Below, in pieces: positions 1-8,656 of a stretch of 20,000 bases of DNA; positions within the stretch are counted from its first letter, which is position 1; the number at the start of each line of letters is the position of its first letter. The stretch is taken from the IMG/VR virus record IMGVR_UViG_3300007539_000015, one strand, 5' to 3'. A model generated the notes under the pieces. The model was not told the origin of the DNA. It saw only the letters and a program-made list of their open reading frames with translations, and ran no database searches. This DNA is from an uncultured virus (IMG/VR IMGVR_UViG_3300007539_000015). Lineage: Duplodnaviria; Heunggongvirae; Uroviricota; Caudoviricetes. A program made the translations under genes and the position numbers.

Positions 1-101
1 AAATGTCCTATTACTCTTCCAATATATATGCCTGGATCAAAAGTAACGGTGTTATCGCTTTTCCTAGTAAATTCAGTTCTTATATTACGTGGTTCTGGCA
101 T
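1..101 (-). CDS. 5' fragment of a probable baseplate hub/spike protein (gp5/VgrG-like OB-fold N-terminus); runs off the left edge
   Basis: ATG at 101 overlaps the TAA of the upstream 982-aa ORF (TAATG coupling). Translates MPEPRNIRTEFTRKSDNTVTFDPGIYIGRVIGH with no stop. The GIYIGRVIGH segment resembles the first strand of gp5 OB-folds, and it follows a hub-like gene. Not in the ORF track because it is truncated. Confidence 0.55.
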   Translation of the reverse strand, partial: MPEPRNIRTEFTRKSDNTVTFDPGIYIGRVIGH

Positions 102-3049
102 TAGAATAACTTGCCTCCAAATTGTCTAGTAATTCTTGCTGCGGCGCCGCTTTGGAAATTTTCTGCTGCTTGCGCAAAAGAAGTTACAGTTGCCTGTTGT
201 ATATAACCAGGTATCTTGTCAAAATTCTTCTGTATTGACGCAGGCATTTGTTGGACAGCATTTGCTAATTCAGCAGGCAATTGTCCTTGGAATTTTTGCA
301 TAACATCTGGCAATTCTGCAGAAAGTTTTTGCAATGTTATAGGCAGTTGTGCTTGTGCTTGTGATAGTGCAGCCGCAAGTTGCGGTTGTCCTGCTGCAAT
401 AGCTGCATTAATTTCGGCTTGTAATCCTGCGCCGCCTGCAATCACTCTACTAATATCGCCATTAATATCTTGACTGCCAGCTAATACTGCATTAGCAAGA
501 CTACTACTTGTAATGTTATTAAATAATCCAGGTATTTGATTTTGTAGTTGTTGTGCTGCTGCTGGTAACCCTTGGTTAAGTTGACCTAATGCACTGTTAA
601 GTTGACCGCCAAATCCGCTTGGCAAAATACTTGAAAGCGCACCAATTGTTCTGTTCAAGGTATTTGCAATTAAATTAATTTGATTAAATGCACTAAAAAC
701 ATTTTGTGCTATATCATTTATTGCTGTGCCACTAAACAATTCAGGAATTTTATCAATTTGATTGTTTGAAAATCCTGTTAATAATGAGTTTATACCATAT
801 TCAGTTTTTTGTAAAAGAGCTTGTGTTGCAACTGATTGACTTGCAATTTTTCTGTTGATATTTCCTAAAACTAAATTTGGATTAGAATAAAGATTTGATA
901 AAACTAAACTATTAGATAAATTTTGATCTTCTAATGTTTGTCCTGGCATTTTCATTAAATTCAAAGTTTGTGTAAATGTTCCGTTTGCAAATTCATTACG
1001 GAAAGTTACAATCTTGTATACGCCGCTAAAAGCATTTGCAGGATCTAATGCAGTAAGGTTGCCAACAAAATCTACACTTGTCCTAAAACTAATCAAAACA
1101 AAAACTTCGCCTCTTGTAATATCAAGATGTCCTTTGTCTGTTACACCAATTGCACTAGATTGAGGATGATTGTTGCCAAAGTCAGCTTCAGTAAAATAAA
1201 AAGGATCTCCCCAAATTCTTAAATCAAGCATAACATTATCTTGGTCACTGTTGAGAATTAACTTGTTAAAATGTTCTGCTATTCTTCTTTTACCGCTATC
1301 GTCACCAGATCCGCCTGACGGTGATGTTGTGCCACTGCCTGTGGCTACATTACCAGACGGATTAGAAAAATCTTCGCTGGCTGTAACTGAAAATCCTGGG
1401 CCAACACTTGAAACACTTTGTGATGTAGGTTCTATTACTGCCCTATTACCTGAATTTTGCATAGTGTCTTGACCGCCTTGTGATCCAAGTCTAGTCATTT
1501 CTTTGTAGAATGCATTGTTAATATTAAAAGTAAAATCTATAATATCTGTGTTAAGTCCTGTATACACATAATTGTAGTGTTTTACTGCTTTTTTGATTTG
1601 AGGACTGTAAGTTTGGGGTGCTAGTCCAGTAATTCTACTTGAATGAATGCTCTGCGGTGTCACAATGTAAGTATAACGCATTGCAGGATTACCTGTTTTT
1701 GCCATCATACTTGGATCAATTATTTCGCTACGAGAATGAATTTTAAACCAAGTTATTTCTCCTTGATCTCCAAAACCATCTATTACAGCAAGTTCATCTG
1801 CTTTAGCCTTTCCCCATGCACTTCCAAGTAAAACACCTTCAATAATTTTTTCAATTTTTTCACCAACACCAAATTGAAATTCTCTATTATCTGGATCAAA
1901 TGTCATTGATCCTCTAGTAATCACTTTTGTTCCGTCTGGGTTTTCTCTTATTTGACCGTCAACTAATGTTTTAAAAGGAATATTTCCGTAGGCAAATTGA
2001 TCATCTGTAATAAGTGCTTGTCCTAATTCGTTTTCGTTTTCATTTATAACTGCATTTGCTCTTATACTACGAGGATTTGGTATTTGTCTATTGAGTTGTG
2101 CTAGATTTCTTTCAGCTTGTAGTTTTTCAAACGGATCTGCAAATCCAGAGAGTGTTTGTTCTAATGCTGTAACTCTAGGTTGGTTTGCTTGTCGAATTAA
2201 TCTAGCATCTGATACTGCTGTTTGTCTTTGCCCTTCAGCAATATCTCTTTGTCTTCTAGCTCTATCACGTAATGAATATTCGTATTGTCTAGAAGTAGTT
2301 ACATAAGCTCCATCCGAATTTAATAAACTAATATCTTGTGGGAAATCTATTCTAAATTCATGCGGAATATAATTTGTATCTTGTCTAGCTTTTTCAGTTT
2401 CAATTTTGTTTAGATGCTCTTCTAAACTAAATTCTCCCCAAGATAAGATTTCTCCTACACTTCCCCCTTTTAAAGCAGCATCGTTTGGTATTCTACATAT
2501 TTGATCAAAAAAGGCTTTGTGATTCCAAGGTATAGCACTCACTTGATACATAGCACCTGCTGCTGTGACTTCAAACGTTACATTTATCAAAGACAATACT
2601 AAATTGTGCGATGGCAATATTTTTGTATTATTGTTATCATCAAAACCTTTAAATGTGCATTTGAATAAAAATGGTGCATTCAAATAACTTACACCAACAC
2701 CAAGTGCTTGCTCAGTTGCAATACTTAAACTTTGAAAAAATAACCCAACGCTACCTGGTTCTATTACTTGAAAATCAATTTGTATTGCATTTGAAAAACT
2801 AGTTCCTGGATTAGCAGTAGGCAAGTAGCTTGCATTAACATTGTCTATAAAAAATTCAACATTTGTTCCAGTATCGTCCTCAATAGCTGTAGTTATACTT
2901 TTGTCAGAGAACCCTCCAGACTTGATAATGGTAACTGCTGCACCATCTTTATAACTTTGTTCGCCGTTGGCTTGTCTAGCGTTTAAAACACCAAATTCAA
3001 AGTTATAGTTGTAGGTAGCAAAACTGTTTAAAGGGTTTTCTAATGCCAT
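101..3049 (-). CDS. Large baseplate hub-like protein (gp27/P2 gpD-like), with a Q/A/N-rich C-terminal extension
   Basis: 982-aa ORF. LDLRIWGDPFYF and FSGVYKIVTFRNEFANGTFTQTLNL resemble the C-terminal part of gp27/gpD-type hub proteins. It lies between a gp53/LysM-like gene and a gp5-like gene, with GGAGG upstream of the ATG. Confidence 0.6.
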   Translation of the reverse strand: MALENPLNSFATYNYNFEFGVLNARQANGEQSYKDGAAVTIIKSGGFSDKSITTAIEDDTGTNVEFFIDNVNASYLPTANPGTSFSNAIQIDFQVIEPGSVGLFFQSLSIATEQALGVGVSYLNAPFLFKCTFKGFDDNNNTKILPSHNLVLSLINVTFEVTAAGAMYQVSAIPWNHKAFFDQICRIPNDAALKGGSVGEILSWGEFSLEEHLNKIETEKARQDTNYIPHEFRIDFPQDISLLNSDGAYVTTSRQYEYSLRDRARRQRDIAEGQRQTAVSDARLIRQANQPRVTALEQTLSGFADPFEKLQAERNLAQLNRQIPNPRSIRANAVINENENELGQALITDDQFAYGNIPFKTLVDGQIRENPDGTKVITRGSMTFDPDNREFQFGVGEKIEKIIEGVLLGSAWGKAKADELAVIDGFGDQGEITWFKIHSRSEIIDPSMMAKTGNPAMRYTYIVTPQSIHSSRITGLAPQTYSPQIKKAVKHYNYVYTGLNTDIIDFTFNINNAFYKEMTRLGSQGGQDTMQNSGNRAVIEPTSQSVSSVGPGFSVTASEDFSNPSGNVATGSGTTSPSGGSGDDSGKRRIAEHFNKLILNSDQDNVMLDLRIWGDPFYFTEADFGNNHPQSSAIGVTDKGHLDITRGEVFVLISFRTSVDFVGNLTALDPANAFSGVYKIVTFRNEFANGTFTQTLNLMKMPGQTLEDQNLSNSLVLSNLYSNPNLVLGNINRKIASQSVATQALLQKTEYGINSLLTGFSNNQIDKIPELFSGTAINDIAQNVFSAFNQINLIANTLNRTIGALSSILPSGFGGQLNSALGQLNQGLPAAAQQLQNQIPGLFNNITSSSLANAVLAGSQDINGDISRVIAGGAGLQAEINAAIAAGQPQLAAALSQAQAQLPITLQKLSAELPDVMQKFQGQLPAELANAVQQMPASIQKNFDKIPGYIQQATVTSFAQAAENFQSGAAARITRQFGGKLF

Positions 3050-3349
3050 TTATCCTCCAAGCACAGAGTCAAGTGTAGTTTTTTGCGGTAATTTAATAGT
3101 TGTTCCTGCTCTAAAATCAAAGACTGGATCTTTGATAATATCCATGTTGCGTAGAGCAAATACCCACCATAATTTTGCATTACCATATAAGTCAAAACTT
3201 AACAAATCTGGTCTATATGTATATTGCGGTTCAATAGTATATGTTACATCATTTTCTACTGCGGGTAAAAATCTTGGTTGGTATATATCCATGTAACTTT
3301 CATTTATAGGTGTTTCAAAGTAAGGACTTGAAGCTGAATATTTTGCCAT
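3050..3349 (-). CDS. Baseplate wedge protein, gp53/LysM-like (tail X family)
   Basis: 99 aa with YRPDLLSFDLYGNAKLWWVFALRNMDIIKDP, matching the RPD..(S/A)..YG....WW....N...DP pattern of T4 gp53-like proteins. TAATG coupling to the upstream gene. Confidence 0.8.
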   Translation of the reverse strand: MAKYSASSPYFETPINESYMDIYQPRFLPAVENDVTYTIEPQYTYRPDLLSFDLYGNAKLWWVFALRNMDIIKDPVFDFRAGTTIKLPQKTTLDSVLGG

Positions 3350-4233
3350 TAGATAAATCCTCCATTAGTTTTATTGCCAATGTAATCACCTTTAATAAAT
3401 GATTCTAAGTTAAAATTCTTTTGTGCTGTTCTACTGTATGCTGGAGCAACTGTTACGTTAATAGTGCTTAATGTAGGAACGTAACAATAATTACCAGACA
3501 CATTTATTTGATCATCAAGTGATACCTGATCTTCTAAAGGAACTTTGATGTAATCTACTGCATTTGGTAAATCTAGGTTAAACATCTTTACAATAACAGG
3601 TGTATGGTCAAATATAAAATTACCATATCCAGATAATGCCACTCTAGGCGGTGGATGACCTTGCAAAGGTCCTTGCCCATAGAACATTTTTGTAATACTT
3701 CTTAAAAAATGCACTGCTGCTACCCAATATGCTCCGTCTCTTTCGTTTTCTACAGGAAATTCTGCACTAATTGTGATATCTTCTATCCTACTTGATTCAT
3801 ATACATGATAAGGATAGTTTGTATGCACAGGTTGTATTTGATCATAATTTGCCATGCTAGACAAAAGAATCTGTGGTGTTGTAGGAAAAACTAAACTGTA
3901 ATCACTTAAAAAAAGAGGTGACAAAATTTGACTTTGCGTAAAATAATCCGGTGCAGCAGGAAGATGAATACGCACACGCCAATCTTCGCCGTTTTGTTGA
4001 TTACCTGCGGCTAATCTTGCTTGTCTTACTGTTGCAGTATTAGGTGAAGCACCGTAGCTTACTTGTGTTCCTAATCTACCCTGGCTTACAAAGGTAATAA
4101 AGTCTTCTGCATTGCCAGAAGAAAATACCTTTCTTGCAGCATCAATTGTGCGCACTGTTTTTACAATTGGATTACTATTAAAAGCTGTTTGCACAGTGTT
4201 TACCAGCTGACCAACTACATTTATTACAGACAT
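3349..4233 (-). CDS. Baseplate-tail tube junction / tube-initiator-like protein (gp48/gp54-like)
   Basis: Motifs LVFPTTPQI, ITISAEFPVENE, HFLRSITKMFYG and PPPRVALSGYG resemble contractile-tail tube-initiator proteins. Start moved from TTG 4239 to ATG 4233 because AGGAG (4241-4245, minus strand) sits 7 nt upstream. Confidence 0.6.
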   Translation of the reverse strand: MSVINVVGQLVNTVQTAFNSNPIVKTVRTIDAARKVFSSGNAEDFITFVSQGRLGTQVSYGASPNTATVRQARLAAGNQQNGEDWRVRIHLPAAPDYFTQSQILSPLFLSDYSLVFPTTPQILLSSMANYDQIQPVHTNYPYHVYESSRIEDITISAEFPVENERDGAYWVAAVHFLRSITKMFYGQGPLQGHPPPRVALSGYGNFIFDHTPVIVKMFNLDLPNAVDYIKVPLEDQVSLDDQINVSGNYCYVPTLSTINVTVAPAYSRTAQKNFNLESFIKGDYIGNKTNGGFI

Positions 4234-4251
4234 ATTCAATCTCCTATATAG

Positions 4252-4257
4252 TATTTA
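4252..4257 (-). promoter_or_regulatory. T4-type late promoter core (TAAATA) for the baseplate operon
   Basis: CTAAATAC on the minus strand just upstream of the AGGAG RBS. The TAAATA core recurs upstream of structural genes throughout the window. Confidence 0.6.
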
Positions 4258-4258
4258 G

Positions 4259-4292
4259 TTGACAAAATTATCTACGTAGTTTATTATAAATA
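4259..4292 (+). promoter_or_regulatory. Sigma70-type promoter (TTGACA-17-TATTAT) overlapped by a perfect T4 late promoter TATAAATA, upstream of gp55
   Basis: TTGACA 4259-4264, 17-nt spacer, TATTAT 4282-4287; TATAAATA 4285-4292; RBS AAGGAG before ATG 4309. Confidence 0.75.
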
Positions 4293-4308
4293 CAAGTAAG
4301 GAGACCTC

Positions 4309-5133
4309 ATGGCAAGAAGAGTTAATTATCTCAACAACAAAGACATGTTAATTGAGATACATAGATCAAAAAATTCATTTGCAAGTTATTTAGAAAAAGA
4401 ACATGCAGACTACGATTTAATTTTGAATAGTATTGATAAAATCAATGTTAGAACTATTGCTGAAGCAAAACGTGCAAAAGCAAAAAAACAATCAAATGAA
4501 ATTTATGAACAAGCTAAAGCAAATGGTAAAAAAGTTAAACAAGCCGAATGCGAAGTAGATTACAGAAAAATCAAAAAAGACGAACTAATATTTCGTATTA
4601 TGACATTTGAACACATTCCTGAAGAGCCAGGACGTAAGAAAAACCCTAAAACAGAAGCAGATAAAAAAACAAAACTACCTTTTCCACCTTATCAGCACTA
4701 CAAGTTTGATGAAAACGATAATTTAATTTGTGTAGGCAAAAGTCATTGGGTTGGTGGCATGGAAAATGGACATTTTTCAAAAGATCACGGTAAGGCAACT
4801 AACAAACTTGCTATGATGTGGATGAAACTTGTAGATAGATATGCTACTAGAGGCAATGTTCGTGGATATACTTATAATGACGAAATGAAAGGTCAAGCAA
4901 TATTGCAACTTGCACAAATTGGTTTGCAGTTTGATGAATCAAAATCACAAAACCCGTTTGCATATTACACAGCCGCAGTTACAAATAGCTTTGTTAGAGT
5001 GATTAATTTGGAAAAACGTAACCAAAATATTAGAGACGATATACTAGAAATGAACGATCTTAACCCAAGTCATACTAGAATGCACCAAGGCGAATGGGAA
5101 GCAGCCTTGCGTAGAGAAAAAGAAAGTAATTGA
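4309..5133 (+). CDS. gp55: Late-transcription sigma factor, T4 gp55-like
   Basis: N-terminal NYLNNKDML, plus RGYTYNDEM and FDESKSQNPFAYYT, are typical gp55 motifs. It lies directly upstream of gp47-gp46, as in many T4-like phages. Confidence 0.9.
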   Translation: MARRVNYLNNKDMLIEIHRSKNSFASYLEKEHADYDLILNSIDKINVRTIAEAKRAKAKKQSNEIYEQAKANGKKVKQAECEVDYRKIKKDELIFRIMTFEHIPEEPGRKKNPKTEADKKTKLPFPPYQHYKFDENDNLICVGKSHWVGGMENGHFSKDHGKATNKLAMMWMKLVDRYATRGNVRGYTYNDEMKGQAILQLAQIGLQFDESKSQNPFAYYTAAVTNSFVRVINLEKRNQNIRDDILEMNDLNPSHTRMHQGEWEAALRREKESN

Positions 5134-5158
5134 CAATCTCAAAATAATGTTTTATACT
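5130..5158 (+). promoter_or_regulatory. Sigma70-type promoter for gp47/gp46
   Basis: TTGACA 5130-5135 (contains the gp55 TGA stop), 17-nt spacer, TATACT 5153-5158; AAGGA RBS before TTG 5184. Confidence 0.75.
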
Positions 5159-5183
5159 ACAAGTTGGTAGAAGGAATAACAAT

Positions 5184-6197
5184 TTGTTTAAAAAAGCCGC
5201 TGTCTTTACGGATATCCACTTTGGATTGAAGGGTAATTCGCGAGTTCATAACCAAGATTGTGAAGAATATGTAGATTGGTTTATCAAAACTGCAAAAGAA
5301 CATGGGTGTGAAACAGCCTTGTTTACTGGTGACTGGAATCACAACAGAAACAGCTTAAATTTAACAACTATGGATTCTGGTATACGCAGTTTAGAAAAGC
5401 TAGGTGCAGCATTTGACAAGTTTTATATGTTTGCTGGCAATCACGATTTGTATTACAAGGATAAACGTGACGTAAAATCTACTGAATTTGCAAGACATAT
5501 ACCTGGTGTGACAGTTATTGAAGATATACATATCGAAGATGACGTTGCATTAGTGCCTTGGTTAGTAGGTGACGAATGGAAACGTATGAGTAGCATTGAA
5601 GCAAAGTATCTGTTTGGACACTTTGAACTTCCTAGTTTTTACATGAATGCTATGGTGCAAATGCCAGATCACGGCGAACTGAAAAGCGAACACTTTGTAA
5701 ATCAAGAGTATGTGTTCAGTGGACACTTCCACAAGCGTCAGAAGCAAGGCAAGATCCACTACATTGGTAATGCTTTCCCACACAACTATGCAGATGCTTG
5801 GGATGATGACCGCGGTATGATGATATTAGACCGTGAGAATGGTGCAGAACCAGAGTATATCAACTGGCTAGACTGCCCTAAGTATAGAACTGTAAGGCTA
5901 TCTCAGTTGATCGATGAAAAAGATACAATGCTAAAAAGCAAAATGTATCTAAGAGTTACCTTAGACTTGCCAGTAAGTTATGAAGAAGCTAGTTTCATTA
6001 AAGAAACATTTATTAGAGATTATGATTGCCGTGAAATAACACTTATTCCACAGAAACAACTTGAAGAAATAAACACAGAACTTGACATTGCACAGTTTGA
6101 AAGTGTTGATCAAATTGTTAGCAACGAAATTATGGCAATTGACAGTGACAACTTTGATAAGGCATTGTTGTTAAACATTTACAACGGTTTAGAATGA
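5184..6197 (+). CDS. gp47: Recombination endonuclease subunit, gp47 (Mre11/SbcD-like metallophosphoesterase)
   Basis: Phosphoesterase motifs TDIHFG, GDWNH, GNHD, GHFE and SGHFH. TTG start with RBS; ATGA overlap with gp46. Confidence 0.93.
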   Translation: MFKKAAVFTDIHFGLKGNSRVHNQDCEEYVDWFIKTAKEHGCETALFTGDWNHNRNSLNLTTMDSGIRSLEKLGAAFDKFYMFAGNHDLYYKDKRDVKSTEFARHIPGVTVIEDIHIEDDVALVPWLVGDEWKRMSSIEAKYLFGHFELPSFYMNAMVQMPDHGELKSEHFVNQEYVFSGHFHKRQKQGKIHYIGNAFPHNYADAWDDDRGMMILDRENGAEPEYINWLDCPKYRTVRLSQLIDEKDTMLKSKMYLRVTLDLPVSYEEASFIKETFIRDYDCREITLIPQKQLEEINTELDIAQFESVDQIVSNEIMAIDSDNFDKALLLNIYNGLE

Positions 6198-7972
6198 TTA
6201 AATTAAAAGATCTTACAGTAAAAAATTTTATGAGTGTGGGTAATGTTACCCAAGCAGTTGATTTCCAAGAGGATCAACTCACTCTAGTGCTTGGTGAAAA
6301 TTTAGATCAAGGAGGTGACGACACTGGATCACGAAACGGAACAGGCAAAACTACAATAATCAATGGATTATCTTACGCCTTGTTCGGCCAAGCACTAACA
6401 AATATCAAGCGTAACAACTTGATAAACAAAACCAACAGCAAGGGCATGTTGGTTACACTAAACTTTGAAAAAGGTGGTAACAAATACCGCATTGAACGTG
6501 GTAGATCACCTAACATACTAAAGTTTTACGTAAACGACAGTGAACAACTTGATGAATTAGAAGATAACAGTCAAGGCGACAGTAGAAAAACACAAGAAAC
6601 TATCAATGACTTGTTGGATATGAGTCATGATATGTTCAAACACATTGTTGCACTTAATACATACACAGAACCTTTCCTAAGTATGCGAGCAAATGACCAA
6701 AGAGCTATTATTGAACAGCTACTTGGTATTACAATACTTACAGAAAAGGCAAATTTATTAAAAGACAGTATCAGATTAACAAAAGATACTATTACAGAAG
6801 AAACATTAAAGATAGAAGCTATACAAAAAGCCAACGAAGGCATTGAAAACACTATTAACAATCTAAAACAAACGCAACGTGCATGGAAAGCCAAGCATAA
6901 TACCGATATTGAACGTTTAGAGTCTGCTATTATAGAGCTAGAACAACTAGATATTGATGCAGAATTAGATAGTCATGAAAAATTGCAAAATTGGACTGAG
7001 TTAAACGCTGCAATTGCTGCACTTAACAAAGAAAAAGCCACATTAGAAAGTGCTCTAATGAGAGCAAACAAAAGTGTAGATAACGCAACCAAGGATATTG
7101 CAGAACTTGACGATGCTACTTGTTATACATGTGGACAAGCACTACATGAAGACAAAAAAGCAGAGATTCTTGCAACTAAAAGCAAAGATTTGCAAGATTC
7201 TATGGCATATCAGACAGAAGTTGCTGGAAAATTAGATGATGTTGTTAAAGGTCTTAACAAAATTGGTGATATCAACGGTCGTCCTACAACATTTTATGAA
7301 ACTGTAAAAGAAGCATATGAACATAGAAACAATGTAGATAATTTGAAGAAATCTTTGCTAAGTAAACAGCAAGAAGAAGATCCTTACCAGGCACAAATTA
7401 ACGATTTAACCAATACAGCATTACAAGAGATCAATTGGGCACCTATTAACGAACTAAACAATGTAAAAGAGCATCAAGACTTCTTGTTGAAGTTACTTAC
7501 AAACAAAGATTCGTTTATTAGAAAGAAGATTATTGATCAAAACTTAGCATATCTAAACAATAGGCTAACTTACTACTTAGATAAAATAGGCTTACCGCAT
7601 CAAGTTGTGTTCCAAAATGATTTAAACGTAGAAATTACACAGCTAGGACAGGATTTAGACTTTGATAACTTGTCACGTGGCGAACGTAACAGGCTAATAC
7701 TCGGTCTTTCCTTTGCATTCCGCGATGTTTGGGAAAGTTTATATCAAGGCATTAACTTGTTGTTCATTGACGAGCTTATTGATAGCGGAATGGACACAGC
7801 AGGCGTAGAAAACAGCATAGGCATACTGAAAAAGATGACTAGAGAACGTGATAAGAACGTTTTCTTGATTAGTCACAAGGATGAACTAGTAGGCAGAGTG
7901 AATAATGTATTAAGAGTTGTTAAAGAAAACGGCTTTACAAGTTATGCAACAGATATTGACATAGTAGATTGA
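6194..7972 (+). CDS. gp46: Recombination endonuclease ATPase subunit, gp46 (Rad50/SbcC-like)
   Basis: KNFMSVGN start, Walker A NGTGKT, coiled coil with zinc hook CYTCGQ, signature LSRGE, Walker B LFIDE, H-loop ISH. Confidence 0.95.
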   Translation: MIKLKDLTVKNFMSVGNVTQAVDFQEDQLTLVLGENLDQGGDDTGSRNGTGKTTIINGLSYALFGQALTNIKRNNLINKTNSKGMLVTLNFEKGGNKYRIERGRSPNILKFYVNDSEQLDELEDNSQGDSRKTQETINDLLDMSHDMFKHIVALNTYTEPFLSMRANDQRAIIEQLLGITILTEKANLLKDSIRLTKDTITEETLKIEAIQKANEGIENTINNLKQTQRAWKAKHNTDIERLESAIIELEQLDIDAELDSHEKLQNWTELNAAIAALNKEKATLESALMRANKSVDNATKDIAELDDATCYTCGQALHEDKKAEILATKSKDLQDSMAYQTEVAGKLDDVVKGLNKIGDINGRPTTFYETVKEAYEHRNNVDNLKKSLLSKQQEEDPYQAQINDLTNTALQEINWAPINELNNVKEHQDFLLKLLTNKDSFIRKKIIDQNLAYLNNRLTYYLDKIGLPHQVVFQNDLNVEITQLGQDLDFDNLSRGERNRLILGLSFAFRDVWESLYQGINLLFIDELIDSGMDTAGVENSIGILKKMTRERDKNVFLISHKDELVGRVNNVLRVVKENGFTSYATDIDIVD

Positions 7973-8214
7973 TGGATTCGGATACACACGATAAAATAAT
8001 ACTTGCTGTGCTTGAATATTTTGAACTAAACGAAATATTCAACCATCGTCCTGCAGAATTAAAACGCAGGAAGGTGCGTAAAAAGCTATCTGAACTACGC
8101 AATCTATGCAATGTTAGGCGAGAAGAAATACTACAAGAACATATTAGGCATGTAAAAGACGGCAGAGCAAAAAATAATCCAGAAAAGGCACGAGAAGCAA
8201 AGACAAACAAGTAA
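7972..8214 (+). CDS. Small basic helical hypothetical protein (possibly nucleic-acid binding)
   Basis: About 80 aa; likely start ATG 7972 overlapping the gp46 stop (TGATG). Basic helix KRRKVRKKLSELRNLCNVRREEI. Confidence 0.7.
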   Translation: MDSDTHDKIILAVLEYFELNEIFNHRPAELKRRKVRKKLSELRNLCNVRREEILQEHIRHVKDGRAKNNPEKAREAKTNK

Positions 8215-8221
8215 CTATTAT

Positions 8222-8656
8222 ATGAATTGGACTTACAAAGGTAAAGAAATAACCGAAATATCGGATGAATATGAAGGATTCGTTTACCTTATAACCAATT
8301 TAACAGACAATCGCAAATATGTAGGCAAAAAACTAGCTAAATTTAAAACAACCAAGCCACCTCTAAAAGGCAAAAAGAACAAACGCAGAGGTCACAAAGA
8401 ATCAGATTGGCGAGACTATTGGGGATCATCAGATAAACTAATAGCAGACGTAGAAAAATTAGGCGAAAACAAATTCACTAGAGAAATACTTTACTTTTGT
8501 AAATCTAGAGGCGAAATGTCATACTTAGAGGCACGAGAACAATTTGAACGTAGAGTTTTAGAAACAGATGAATACTACAATGGTATTATAAACGTTCGAG
8601 TTGGTGGTTCAAAAATACTTAGAGAAAATTTAAAGGCACATCAGGACACTGTTTGA
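8222..8656 (+). CDS. Stand-alone GIY-YIG family endonuclease (Seg-like catalytic domain only)
   Basis: GFVYLITNLTDNRKYVGKK is a GIY-YIG motif variant. It also has YWGSS, a candidate catalytic Glu in YLEAREQ and a terminal YYN. At 144 aa it has no room for a NUMOD/HTH DNA-binding tail. Confidence 0.85.
   Translation: MNWTYKGKEITEISDEYEGFVYLITNLTDNRKYVGKKLAKFKTTKPPLKGKKNKRRGHKESDWRDYWGSSDKLIADVEKLGENKFTREILYFCKSRGEMSYLEAREQFERRVLETDEYYNGIINVRVGGSKILRENLKAHQDTV

Noticed and set aside
216..2306. Short plus-strand ORFs within the hub gene, and similar antisense or alternate-frame ORFs within gp47, gp46, tape measure, portal, gp21 and gp22
   Set aside because: They fully overlap well-supported genes, mostly on the opposite strand, with non-canonical starts, no RBS and no recognisable motifs.
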